A stretch of 64,000 bases of DNA. It comes from Albugo candida. Its lineage: Eukaryota. The DNA is taken from positions 1 to 64,000 of the forward strand of contig JBDOQK010000007.1 in the NCBI GenBank assembly GCA_040437565.1, written 5' to 3'. The notes below the pieces were generated by a model, which made no database searches, was not told where the DNA came from, and saw only the letters and a program-made list of their open reading frames with translations. Shown here one piece after another: positions 51,240-64,000 of this stretch. A program made the position numbers and the translations under genes. Numbering within the stretch: position 1 is the first letter of the stretch; every line of letters starts with the position of its first letter.

Positions 51240-51806
51240 ATAAAGAATGCGTGCCATGAGCATAAAAGTAATTATGGTAATGTTGCATATAGTCGTTATC
51301 GCACTTAACGTACCTAGTCTTAGATACCATTAGGGAATGATAACTTGTAACAGTGAATACAAGAGAGCGTGTAACTTGATTGGTTATTCTTTCAAGTGCC
51401 ATTTTTCACACTATAAAATCAAAATCAACGAACGCAAAGCTATTTAGCATTTGCGAAAAAAGTGTTAATCAAAACTGTGCGATAAGAACTCGTCAACAAG
51501 TAACCTTACAACGATTGTGGCGGTATCTTCAGGAAAGCGTCGTCAATATCACTGGTTGTGGGAGTGGTTCAGAGATATCTCTACTTTGAATTGCTGAGTG
51601 TGAGTTGTGTATCGTGCGAGCTTCAGTGAAGGGTATACAGCAGCACATACAAAAAGCTTTCGTTTCGAACGAATGGGATAACTGTGAAGAGGGCTAACAC
51701 GATTTAGAGGAAGGAAACTTTGATTCACATTAAAGTAGACGACACACACAAACAACAGCGAAAAACTGAAATTTACGACCCTGAAATTCATAAAGAAGTA
51801 GAAAGG

Positions 51807-52386
51807 ATGATCGCACCAACAAATAAACCAACTTTGGTTCAATGGGCTAATCTATCGTTCGTCATTATGGATGCACCGACAAATGATAATCTGCAGTTTT
51901 ATCTTAAAGAATTGAAAAAGTATAATGTCACAGACCTGGTCCGAGCATGTGAAATAACATACGACCGTGAAGCTGTGAATGCGGCAGGGATCAATGTGCA
52001 TGAACTAGAATTTCCGGATGGAGAACCGCCCGATGATGATATCTTTCAACGATGGTTATCACTGGTCGCCGATCGTTTCAAGGAGAATCAACCGAAACCT
52101 ACGCTGTCAAATCGATCTATTGCTGTGCATTGTGTAGCAGGACTGGGAAGGTATGATCGCCACTTTTTATTACTCATCTTGAGCAACCTTTACTGATTCT
52201 TTGATGTTTGTATTTAGAGCTCCTGTTTTAGTGGCAATCGCATTAATTGAAAATGGCGTTGATCCGATATCGGCAGTCGAACATATACGTAAATTTCGTC
52301 GCGGTGCCATTAATCTCCGACAGTTGAAATACTTGGAAAAATACCAACCTCATTTCGGTCAAAAGCAAAAGTGTACAATTATGTAA
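51807..52386 (+). CDS. PTP4A: Protein tyrosine phosphatase type IVA (PRL); intron 52151-52217
   Basis: [53 protein letters not shown]-terminal CAAX box CTIM. Confidence 0.95.
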
Positions 52387-52839
52387 ACCGTCAATTTCAG
52401 CACAAATACTCAAAAGTATTGGTACATATTCATACCATAAAATGAAACTATTCATTCAATCTTGCTACTTGACAGACTTCTTACGTTCACACGCTGCTGA
52501 GTATTTGTGTAATCAGTGAGATACTACTCGACATGAACACATCAAGAGTGCTTTGAACCTCTTCCAAACGGTACCTGAACAATCGAAGGCAAAGGAACGA
52601 GTGAATCCACCTGTGCTGACATTGTCACTCAACCGATATCATTTCGCGTATTATGCACAGATGATCATCCTATAGACTATAGAACCAAGGTGTTATCACA
52701 AAGCAGACTAGCATCAATAGAGGCTATTCAGGTAATGGAGTAGTGAAAAGGATAAGCGCACTAAGTAAGACAATAGTTTGCAATTGAGAGGTGAGTCTTT
52801 TTATTCCTTATAGCCTTACTCGATATATCAATAACGCCA

Positions 52840-54976
52840 TCATTGTCTTGTTGTTCTTGTTTCCAATACTATCTCCATTAAATCCACTACCGTAAGTATT
52901 CCATGTCCGGATTTCACGCGCATTCCTACACGCGCTTCATCTCGTGAATGTGTTGGTATCGCGGAAAAATTGGTCTTTGGACACATTTGCAAGCTATATG
53001 ACCTTGCATCCTGTGACTCTCCATCAAGCGTATCGATGCCTCGATCTTGTAATGAGAGTCGCAGCTGTTGCCGAATTTCAGATGATTTCAGGCCATCTTT
53101 CTTGCTTCGCCTCACAGTAGTGTTGATGCGGAGTAATGCGTTTCCCCTTCCGAAAGTAGTAAATCTTACAAGCTCTTTTGTATAGATCAACGATGATTGG
53201 AAAATGGTATTTGTGACGTTAAATTTCACATTCACTTTCAGAAAACTTTTTGAAGGTCTACTGCATTAAGTGTCTTTCGAATCCAAACGTACTTCAAGAA
53301 TGTACGGACGCTCGCCAGAATTGGGGTTTTCAGGTACGTAGAGTGGAGATGGACAAAATGTGAAAGAAACGCGGTGCAAAACAACGATACGAGAAAGTCA
53401 TCATAGAAGAATACTCTAAAATCAGTCGCCCTCAGATTGTTATACATATCCATGCATTTAAGATTTTATGCACCAACTATCTCTCCCACATCACTTCAAG
53501 CACAACATGGACAGGAGAGTCGAGCCACCTTCACGAACTGGATAGGGCACCGTTCCTGATTTATCATTTTGAATGAAGAGGAACGCTGCTTCATTGCTCT
53601 GTTCGTTATCGAGTTTTAGTTGAATCACATCGAAGGAGTTAGGCTCACAAGCTGGTTCGCTCAGAGCCTTCTTTATCTCTTCGGTAAATTTGAGCGCACG
53701 CAACTTGAAATACAATAGTTGACGTTTGCGGTCGAGGATGGAGTTATAATCTTCTACGTACGCACACACGAAAAAAAAGATTGTTAGAAGCATCAGAGTT
53801 TGGAAAGAATGCAATCTACTTGCCATANNNNNNNNNNNNNNNNNNNNNNNNNNNNNNNNNNNNNNNNNNNNNNNNNNNNNNNNNNNNNNNNNNNNNNNNN
53901 NNNNNNNNNNNNNNNNNNNNNNNNNNNGGCTGATCTTTGGGGTTGTCTAAATACAACCTATTTGTATAAAATACCAACCAATAGAATGCGTAGAATTCAA
54001 AATGCACTATGATTTCACCAATTCTTTTCGCACTCGCCGAGGGGAATAATTCCATCACGGCTTCCACGACATCTTTAGATTTGCCTCCTTCGATTCGTTT
54101 CAAAATCTTTTCGCATGGATCGGATTCATGTAACACTTTGGTTTCCATCGCCCATTCAACACAATGGTGCACACGCAATTGTATCAATGCGTTCGTGTTC
54201 AAAGAATCGACTACTACCCTTTTCGGCAGATTTTTTGCTTCCTGTACCATGGGGTCAAGGGGAGGTTTGGTCGTATCCGTCAGATTCCGGGTTGCTATAG
54301 GTATCACTTGAAGTTTGGAAAATGTCTCGAATAGTATTGCAAAAGCCCTCATCGCATTGGTAAATTCAAAGAATGCAGTGCTCAGTTTCCTTTTTGGTGA
54401 TTCGGGCAATCTGTATCTCGCTGTTTTTAGACCAGCTTCAAGTTGATCAATTGGAACGGGTTCAAGCTCATACGTTGCTTTGGTGCGGGTTACCAAATTT
54501 TCTTGTATTTTATCAGTGTATAAGAGTGCACGCAACTTCAACTCTAAACACAATCTTTTTTCTTCAGCATACTCATTTTCGTCTATTAATCGTAGGAAGA
54601 ATAGATTGTCAGTAGGATCAGAGTCTACAAAGAGCGCACCTTGATTACCCGCTCTTGTACCAGCTTTATGGAAGGCCTCGGAAACTTTTATGAATTGCAA
54701 CCAGAAAACTTTGTATGTGATCAGCCATTTCTTGCAAACCTCCTCTCTTTTTCCGATTACGGCTTTGATCGACGGAAATAGTACTCGCAGGATTTGTCGC
54801 AGCTCTTCAGCACCTGTACCTTCCGTAATTTCTTCCAAATTTTTCATTGACGGATCGGATGCAGAAGAAACCAGAGAAACAACTTGAGGTTTAGAAAGCA
54901 CCAATGCGTTCTGCCCACTCAAGACAAGCGTCAAGAACGCAAAGCTTAAGAGGTTCCGGATATAGGCGTAGATCAT
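52840..54976 (-). CDS. Large modular secreted protein (effector candidate) spanning a gap; 3' part interrupted by stops/frameshifts
   Basis: Signal peptide MIYAYIRNLLSFAFLTLVLSG; repeated LFP..Y..(F/Y)WL..FF..KLRAL..T..I module; ORFs 53816-54976, 53491-53826, 53238-53453 and 52840-53235 are collinear. Confidence 0.6.
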
Positions 54977-55327
54977 ACTGGTTTATGTTTTGCCCGGCGC
55001 GAATTGGGTGGTCAGGGGATTTAAAAAGTTAGAGAAAACGTTTGCCTTACGCCACTCATCAAGAGTGGTATGCTAAATAATGAGTGACTGGNNNNNNNNN
55101 NNNNNNNNNNNNNNNNNNNNNNNNNNNNNNNNNNNNNNNNNNNNNNNNNNNNNNNNNNNNNNNNNNNNNNNNNNNNNNNNNNNNNNNNNNNCGGATATAG
55201 GCGTAGATCATACTGGTTTATGTTTTGCCCGGCGCGAATTGGGTGGTCAGGGGATTTAAAAAAGTTAGAGAAAACGTTTGCCTTACGCCACTCATCAAGA
55301 GTGGTATGCTAAATAATGAGTGACTGG
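54957..55327. repeat. 136-bp exact duplication flanking an N gap; probable scaffolding artefact
   Basis: 54957-55092 = 55192-55327. Confidence 0.88.
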
Positions 55328-56329
55328 TTTCGAACGTCATTACGTATACACGTTATATGCTATATGTAGGTCCGTTGATTTGTGGGTGACGGGAAGTATC
55401 AGCGAGAGTAGATGTTGCGTTGCGACATCCATATCGTCATTATACTCTGGTCTAATTCTGATGTCCATAACACCAACTTCTATGTCGAGTAGAGAAGTTC
55501 GTGAATATAACTCATTTGTCACTGACAAAATAAAAATTACAGCGCTGTCCTTAAAGGCTACGGATAGTCTTGACTGCTTCTACGTAACAGCTCTCTTTCG
55601 CATAGTCAATTGCCGCCATNNNNNNNNNNNNNNNNNNNNNNNNNNNNNNNNNNNNNNNNNNNNNNNNNNNNNNNNNNNNNNNNNNNNNNNNNNNNNNNNN
55701 NNNNNNNNNNNNNNNNNNNTAAGAAATGAAGCTATTTTCATTTGGCAATATTAGAATTTAGTGCTATGTGAGCTTTTGCGCGAGTTCACTGACTCATATT
55801 GTTGTTACTGAGGAAAATTCCGCGCCTGAACAAGAAAGTTAACTTGGCAGCAATGAAGTCGCTTCTTGCTGTGGCGATCCTACTTCCCACATCGGAAGAC
55901 TGTCCCGACGAAATCGCGATAACCGGTCATGGTATTTTGATTGTAAAAGTATGACGCCTAACAGCGCCTTGATCAGCAATCAAAAATTATTGGTAGCAAT
56001 TGGAGCGAGGCCAAGGAATGGAAGCGATGTCCTGATTATTTCACTTTTGCTCGGACGGCCAAGAACCAATTTATAATCAAATGCAGACTAGTAGCAATAG
56101 AGGCTAGTACGATTTTGCTTGGATGACATGCTAAGCGCGGTGAGTACGAAAGTCGGTATGCATTCGAAAGTGAGTCGTTTGTCCCTTTAGCTTATCTCGA
56201 CATATTAGCAACTCCATCGCTGTCATCTTCTTGTTCCTTTCGGCATTACTTCCACTACCGTGAAGTCTTCCAGGTCCGATTATGGTGTTCATTGGCACAC
56301 GCGCTTCATGTCATGAAGGCGTCTGCTAT

Positions 56330-56715
56330 CACATAAACATTGGTACTTGGATGCACTTGCAAGATGTCAACGATGACGTTGCGATGTAAACATCCTTAAT
56401 TCTCCATCGAACGCCTCGATGCCTCTTCATCCCATTGCCCTGGTGTTCGGAAGTTGCTGGATTCATTGTATTGTATCCTGCATCCCATATCGGTAATTCA
56501 AGCGGTGCTCTTCCTTGATCAAACGCCCACAGTCGGTTTCCATACGCTTCTTGTTCTGGTGTGCTGCCTTATTAGATTGATAAATACTTTTGAAGAACTG
56601 TGCGACGACTTCGACAGAAGAGGCATCGAGGCGTTCGATGGAGAATTAAGGATGTTTACATCGCAACGTCATCGTTGACATCTTGCAAGTGCATCCAAGT
56701 ACCAATGTTTATGTG
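56330..56715. repeat. Perfect inverted repeat, 99-bp arms (56330-56428 / 56617-56715), 188-bp spacer
   Basis: Direct reverse-complement match read base by base. Confidence 0.95.
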
Positions 56716-56879
56716 TGTTCGGTTTATGAAAAGTCAAAATAACGGCGCAAGTGGCAGCTCACGTCAATTGGATGTCGCACTCTTACTCAAGCGATCCAAG
56801 ACTCGCACGAGATAGTGCGACATCCAATTGACGTGAGCTGCCACTTGCGCCGTTATTTTGACTTTTCATAAACCGAACA
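56716..56879. repeat. Perfect inverted repeat, 66-bp arms (56716-56781 / 56814-56879), 32-nt loop
   Basis: Direct reverse-complement match; abuts the previous repeat with no gap. Confidence 0.95.
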
Positions 56880-58052
56880 AATAATAACAATGCTTGAAAT
56901 TTTTTTAAGCTGTATTAAGGATTTTAGACTAGGATGTACTCGGCATGTTGGGTGGGTACATTAGAAGGGCTCGTATCTCGATGGTAGATTTTAGGGCATC
57001 CATTTTGAGTTTGACACATTCTTCTTTGTGTTGTAGAATTTCCAGATTTACGTCTACGTACGCAAACATAGCAGTGGAGACTGTCAGTAGTGTCAGTCTA
57101 ATCTCAGTGTAACATACTTACCGTGCGAGTAATTCGATGATAGGTGCTCTTCGTCGTATTTCTTGCGAGTTGTATAAAAAATGATCCAGTGCTCTGCGTA
57201 TTTTTTCAAATCATCGCTAGCGGTACGAATTGATTCGGATGACACATCCATGCCGAATATAGTCCTCANNNNNNNNNNNNNNNNNNNNNNNNNNNNNNNN
57301 NNNNNNNNNNNNNNNNNNNNNNNNNNNNNNNNNNNNNNNNNNNNNNNNNNNNNNNNNNNNNNNNNNNNATAAGTGGCTGAGATTGAACGCTGATCAAATC
57401 TAACCGTTCTACTTCGATGTCCTATTTCTGTTATTAGTTATTTTGCACGGAGTTAAATGTCCTATCAAAGTGATTATTGAATAATTTTCTCTTCCAGTTT
57501 CTCTGCTTTGCTTTTTAAGTTTGTACATGACATTACATAAACTACACGTATTTGCACCTTAACCCAGAACAGGAGTGTCTAAATCACAAGGCAATGTTCC
57601 GCATGTCTATTACTGAAGCTCGTGACTATGACCAACTGATCACTTTTGTCAAACTAGAAAAAACAGCGCTGTCCTGAGAGATTACTTATGCGTCAATTGC
57701 GCCGCACAGACAATGATACTATGGTCACATATAGCTGAAAGGTGTCGATATTATTGGACTTAGATTAAAGACTTTACTGATACACCTAGCTATCTTATGT
57801 CACATACACACGCACACCAAAGTTACACGAGCTACCTGTGAGCATTGATAATATTTGGTGCTGTTTACTTATTGCGGCTACGTGAACCCACCGCAATACG
57901 AGGCTCTGCGCAGCTTGTGATCAATAAAAATGTCCTAGAATAACTTTTTGAGCACTTCAGATGAAATTTGGAAAGTGAGATATATTAAATGGAGGAGGTC
58001 CTTAGTTCACTTTACTAGCTAGTCTAAGCCTTCTCGTACTATACGCCCACAG

Positions 58053-58073
58053 CCACTTCTCAATTTGCCGGCT
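58053..58073 (+). promoter_or_regulatory. Oomycete Inr/FPR-like core promoter motif at the LINE 5' terminus (also at 22614-22632 and 26922-26940 on the minus strand)
   Basis: CCACTTCTCAATTTGCC fits the oomycete YCAYTYY-N-CAWTTTNYY consensus. Confidence 0.6.
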
Positions 58074-61000
58074 GCTACGCACCTCGCAAACGTGATTCAA
58101 AACAACAAACAACCACCTCTCAACCAAACCAACGTTTTTGACTACTATTCTCTCCAACAGAATGGCTCTATCGACATTTCGCATCTACCCGTCGTTACGT
58201 CGTCCGACGAATCACAACTCGTGCACCTGTTTCAACTGACAATGTTTCTTTGTATGCGGCCAATGCAGCCAATCAGATTTCACGGAATCTGAAACGGTCC
58301 AATCAGATGTGACCATGACTGCCGATTAGTCCGCCTAAGGAGATTCCTTCCATCCCTATGGACATCGATGACCCAGCGACGCCATCATCTCCTTTATCCA
58401 CAAAAAGACCGGTTCATATCGATAACCGACCTACCTTGGCGGATATTTTGAAGGGTCGGGAGGAAATGCGCAAGGATAAAGCGGCCAAAAAAGCAACCTG
58501 GAAGGTTGAAATGCCAAAGCCTTTAGCTGCAGAGCTACGCGCTATTGAACAAATTTTCGAAGCGGGCCATCCAAGTTGGGAGGTTTTGTCTGCTCGCTTA
58601 ACTGCAGCAAAACCTGTCGCGTTACCGAGTGCCAAATTCTCGGTTGTGTTGGAGACTGGTCAAGCGCTGGTTCGAACCCCACCAGCGCACATTTTGCAAT
58701 CCTTTGTTCGAGATCACGGTAATGTGATCGTTGACGAGCTTTTGAAGCTGGAAAGATTGGCCAATTGCAAAATTACCTGGTGGTAATTTGAGACTACTCG
58801 TTACCGAAGAGGAAGTCTACCAGAAATGGCCCATGAAAAAGTTACGATTCTCGGTAACACCTACTCTTNNNNNNNNNNNNNNNNNNNNNNNNNNNNNNNN
58901 NNNNNNNNNNNNNNNNNNNNNNNNNNNNNNNNNNNNNNNNNNNNNNNNNNNNNNNNNNNNNNNNNNNNGTATGAGAACTTTCGTGAAGCAGTGGCTTCCA
59001 AAAGACTTGCAATGTCGACTTGGAGAGTTTATTTCCGAGGCACCAGCTGTCCTGAGTAGCTCATTGTTGGCGGAAAAGTTTATGAGCAAATATATATCGA
59101 GGGGAGATACTATTTGGCTCGAGGCAAATTCTCTCCACTCCCGGTTGATTCGTTGAGGATGGGTCAGCGCAGTCCGTAATGCTTACTGCTGCCGGTTAAA
59201 ACTCCTCAACCGAATCAGCCACCGACAAAAAACTTCTTTTCATCGGCTAAAAGTCATCCCGTGAAGTCTAAACCAATATCAAAACAAGGCAAAAGCAACG
59301 TCGACATGCCTGACGTTTCTAAAATAAGTCTCAAAAACAAGCTTCCTGCTCGTAAAGCCACTTCCGGTCGCAACGTTGCTGATGGAAAAGCATCCGAAGT
59401 TACCAAAACCGGATCTACCTCAGCAGGATATTCCCTCCGTTGTTCCGGATTTCAACAAAAATACAGAAAACATTGCAGCAAAAGCAACGTCAAAGTCTAC
59501 TGCAGACACGTGGACTCCGATTCGAACTCGCAACAAGCGTAATCGATCATTTTATCGCTTTCAGAGTTTACTGAGCAACGCCCCTCCCAAATCATTGGAG
59601 GTTTTGCTACAAGCAATTACTTTAATTTGCTTGGCTCGGTAGACGTGGATTTCGTGAAAATTGACGTAACAACGAAAGACGACTTTGGCAAGAGGTACCA
59701 GATTGTATCATCGCAGCTTGTCGTTAACAATGATCTGGACAATTCCATATAAGGATCTCACTTCATCAAGAAAAACCACACCCGGATCGAAAAGGACGAT
59801 CGTCCTCCTCGTGTGGCAGAAGTGGTGTATTTCCTAATTCAAGATGTGGAAACAGCTCAGACACCTCCTTGAACAAAGTATGCGATCGTGAAGGATGTTC
59901 ATGTTGCGAAAGAAAGCAAGCATGCTGTATTCACATCCAACGGAGACAGTATTCTCCACTTTGCATTGGATCACCCTATAGCACTGCATGGAGTGCTAAA
60001 ACGTTGCATGAGGTCCAATGACCCATGCTTGGAGCAAGTGGTGCGAGTCCACACAATAAATCGTGTATTGGCAGCATCCGAACCGAATTCGGGTACCACA
60101 TTCAGCAAAAAATGGTCGAAGAAAGTCGATGGTTCCGTTTCGGCAGTTCGAAATCTTATTCTCGCAACGGTCGGCAACTGGTTGACCACATCAGTGGAAG
60201 TGGAAGAATTGACACGAGCAACATTCTCGCTTTCGTTCTTCGAGCTAATGTTGCACCATATATCATAGCGACCACTGGATCCAGTACGTTACTGGTCAAC
60301 CAGTGCTGTGGATTCCAACTCACCACTGTCGTCTGCTTCACACGAATGTGTTGTTGCACATTTTGCGTTCACCGCTGGGAACACTTTGCCTGAGCGGGTG
60401 GTTTGACGCACAGTGAAGGAGTCCAATTTTTGATGACTTGGTGTAGTTACAGTCATCGACTCTTCTTCTTATAGACAAAGCTTCCATCCTACAGCTGAAG
60501 GAGGAAGACGGAGCTCACAAACTCGTCGTTGGACCCCTTTCAGTTTATTACTAAGGGAAGCTCATCGGATTTCAATTCTTGGACCAATAAATTTCTGTCA
60601 ATACAAACGGATCAAAAAGAATGGTCACCTTGCCATCCAACATACCTTTTCCAAATACGCACTTTGTTGCTTGCAGGGTACACGTTTTCGTGATCGTCAG
60701 CACCTGGAGACATTTCGTTTTCACCTGGCATCGACCTTCAACACTAAATCTTTTGTCAGTGATACGAATGGTCTTCATTCTCACCCCTCTCGGGAACGAG
60801 TAATCGGTGTAATGACTATTCTCCGAAACAATTTCCTGGTTTTCAAACTGCGGAAGTAGTACCCAATATCACGGTTCAAGATCGTTATCTGGTTATTCGT
60901 TTGGTGGTTCATGAAGCACCAGTATACGTCCACAACGTTTATGCTCCTGTGGATTCAACGGAACGAAAAACTTTTTTCGATCAGCTTCCAACTGGATCGT

Positions 61001-64000
61001 TCGAAGCAAAAGCATCACACATCGTTTGTGTTGATCTCAATACAACTCTGTCCAAGTTTCGATCGTTCTAGTGGTGCTTCTCGACACGAACCGAGTCGGT
61101 TCTCGTGTATGGAATGGATTTCAAAATTGGGTGTTATTGATGCGTGGCGGCAACAGCATCCGGAAGAACTTGTCTTCACGGGACCTCAGCCAAGACGTAT
61201 TCGGCTGGATTACATCCTTTAGTCGAAAAATCTGTTCCGTACAATTTATAACGATTCCAGTAATGCCATCCTTCCTCACACGGGGGACCATTTGGCAAAT
61301 GCACTCACGTTTGCAAATCCGAGCCAACTTCAGGGCCGTGGTTACTGGAAATGTCCTCTCTCATTATTCGAGTACCCAGTTATCACAGAAGCTATCGAAG
61401 CGGAAGAAGATCCTATTCTAGAAAAGCTTCGTGCTTCTTCATTACCGGGAAAGGATTGGGAACGTTGGAAGAAGTATATGAAGCGTTTACTTTGATAAAT
61501 TTACAAGAAGCTTCGACGTCAAGAGGAAGATGAGCTCGTTCGAGCTCAACTGGAGTTGGAACATGCTGCATCCGCTTATAGCATGTCGAATCAAGATCAA
61601 GAAAAGCAGGTGTACAAAGCAGCACTCCATGCTTATCCTCAACGAGTGACGAGCTCCTCTAAGTACAATTAAGACTCCGTGTTCGACCACCAGATGAAGA
61701 CTATGGAGAAATCATCCCGATATTTATTCGCTCCGTCGATTCAACTATTCATCGTGTTCCTTTGGAAGAAGTACTCCTTCCGAATGGCGAATTGTCAGCG
61801 AATCCAATCGACATCACACTTCAGTTCACTGATCACTGGGGTGGAAGTATGGATGATAAAGCAAGCTCGACTGAAGTCCTTGTGTTCGAAAACAACAAAC
61901 GCTGACCGACTCAATAACGAGGGCATTACCCAGCTCTGATGAGTCGTTCTTTTCTGCTACGTTAACCAAATCGGAAATGGTTGGAGATTTAAAAAGTATG
62001 CGCGGACACTCATCACCTGGAATGGATGGATTGCCGGCAGCATTATACCAACTCACTCCGAGCGTTTTTGGTGAATGTTTGCAAATTGTCTTTGACGGAC
62101 AACTTGGTTGAGGCTCTTTGCTGCGCTCTCAGCGTAGTTCGGCAATCCCGTTGCTTTACAAAAAAGGATCTCAAACAGAACCTGGCAACTATCGTCCTAT
62201 CGCATTGATATGCGTGGATGTAAAAGTGCTGTCGAAAGTACTTGCCTATCGACTCCAGAAAGTGCTTCCGAAACTAATACACGAAGATCAAAAAGCATTT
62301 CTGAGAGGCAGATCCATCCACCATCACATTTGGTACACTAGTGATCTACAGGATTTGATCACTCATCGTGGTGAATTTTGAGGAAGCGTACAATCGAGTG
62401 GACTGGTCGTACATGTTTGCAGTGCTTTCGAAAATGAATTATGAAAATTCGGTTATTAAGTGGATAAAGGTTCTATACACCAACACGACTGTTTCGTTGT
62501 TGTTGAATGCAACGCTTTCACCGAGGATCCATCTCGGGGAGTGAAACAAAGTGATCCACTCTCTTCGCATTGCTCTTTCTAACAAATCGAGCCGCTGGGT
62601 AATTTATTGCGGAGGACCGAGGCCCTGGTATTTTTATCACTCTAGTGGATACATCAACCAGTTTATTCTTTGCGGACGACTCGACTTTGTTATCGTCTTC
62701 GCTCGGTGGAGTGGGAGCGCAGCTTGATATCGTTCAACATTATTGTGATGGTTCAGGAGCAAAGTTAAATCTGTCCAAGTCGACTTTACTTTCTCTTAAT
62801 CGTCGTCAAGTATGTCAGCCGTTCGCTTTGGTGAAAGTTCTATCACGTTGCGAGTCGGGCAAGTATCTAGGAGCTCCTTTCAGTCAATCACTAGTGGGTG
62901 ATTTGATGATTGAATTCCTAGAAGATCGTTGCTATGGTGGTTTTCGTCAGTGGTTCGTCTTGCAAGAACGCTACGTGGACGTTTACTGGTGGCGCATACT
63001 ATGTTTTTCTCAAGATTATGGCATTTTACGGCACATTTTCATATCCCGCAGCATTTACCGCGACGCTGGCAATCGATGTTGAATCGATTTGGGTCTAGTC
63101 GAAATTACGAGCGGGATGCAACTCACATGCAACTATTTCGATCGGAACTTTATATCTCACTTATTCACAAGGTGCTTTACAGGTTCCGATGATCGATATT
63201 CATTTAAAGAAGCAACGAATACAATTCCTCCAACAATTTGCGCTCCATTCAAGTACGGCTGTTCCGAGCAACTGGACACTGACTGGAATGGAGATGGTGG
63301 AGACCATCTTACCCAACTTTGGACCGTTCAAAACGCTTGATATCTTAACGATATCACCTCGTAGGCATTCTACCATGGTTCGTTGGAATGTAGCGTCATC
63401 ATGGTGGAAGTAGACGTGCGTTTGGTGGAGTCAAAGTAAATGGGAGCTCACACCGACGACTTTGTCTTCGCAGGAGCAATACATAGTTATGTTAAATGCT
63501 CCTGTGGGTTTTTATATGGATAATCATCTTCACTTTGAGTAGCGAAAACGTTCTACTAGTGCTGTTGCTCATCCTCGATGTATGGGAATGTTTCCAGAAC
63601 CTGCGCGTACTTTTCGAATGTAGTTCGCTCAAGCGTTTCGTATCCGTTCTCTGCATGACTTGTTAGGTGGAAGATTAAGTTGGTTCGATTCGTTTTCAGA
63701 GTTTGTCTTGCGTTTCAGTACGAACTCAGATGGCACTCCAGCTGAAGTTTCCACGACCAAGCTTGTGCGACGATTATACGTCGAAGCTAATCAAATTCTT
63801 CGTCGACTTCAACCAGAGGTTGTGTTGTTGTGTCCTGAGCATTCACTGAACGGAGCTCATCCGTTTCATCTTGGCATCCAAGTTTCGGATAAGAAAGTTT
63901 TGTTTTCAAATATTCCTCGGAATCAACTCTTTCGAGTTATTAGTATAGCAGAACCACCGGATAAGCCGCACCCAATGTTGCTGCACTTACCGGAGAGGGA
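58055..64000 (+). mobile_element. Near full-length degenerate L1/Tx1-like LINE (ORF1 from ~58162, APE ~60590-61300, RT ~61950-62950), running off the window
   Basis: VHNVYAP, LGVIDAWR..RLDYI, SPGMDGLP, GNYRPIALICVDVKVLSKVLAYRL, GVKQSDPLS, LFFADDSTL. Confidence 0.93.

Larger units (their letters stand above)
56080..57268 (-). pseudogene. Pseudogenised tandem paralog of the 52840-54976 secreted protein
   Basis: YAEHWIIFYTTR ~ YAFYWLVFYTNR; LTLLTVSTAMFAYVDVNLEILQHKEECVKLKMDALKSTIEI ~ LMLLTIFFFVCAYVEDYNSILDRKRQLLYFKLRALKFTEEI; RGIEAFDGE ~ RGIDTLDGE. The 3' flank gcagactag..caatagaggcta is shared. Confidence 0.8.

Overview
Eukaryotic draft-assembly scaffold with 15 gaps of about 100 N. It is most likely from an oomycete, plausibly an Albugo-like compact biotroph. 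That is inferred from ~50-70 nt introns, tiny intergenic spaces, oomycete Inr/FPR-like motifs and the TE types. The window has three parts. (1) 1-34.6 kb is a gene-sparse graveyard of nested, degenerate TEs: a full-length chromodomain Gypsy with both LTRs and a CATCG TSD, several Copia remnants, an IS630/Tc1-like DNA transposon and many L1/Tx1-like LINE pieces. It also holds a glucosidase II alpha pseudogene and broken secreted-protein genes. (2) 34.8-52.4 kb is a very dense block of housekeeping genes: proteasome beta-1, RRP45, CRM1, UreG, eEF1A-KMT4-like, TrmB, PPIL3, COG4, a hypothetical protein, V-ATPase H and a PRL phosphatase. (3) 52.8-64 kb holds a tandem pair of modular secreted-protein (effector-like) genes and a near full-length LINE. 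Main leads: a double perfect inverted repeat (99 bp + 66 bp arms) inside the dead effector-like paralog, and an identical 19-bp Inr/FPR-like 5' terminus shared by three otherwise diverged LINE copies.
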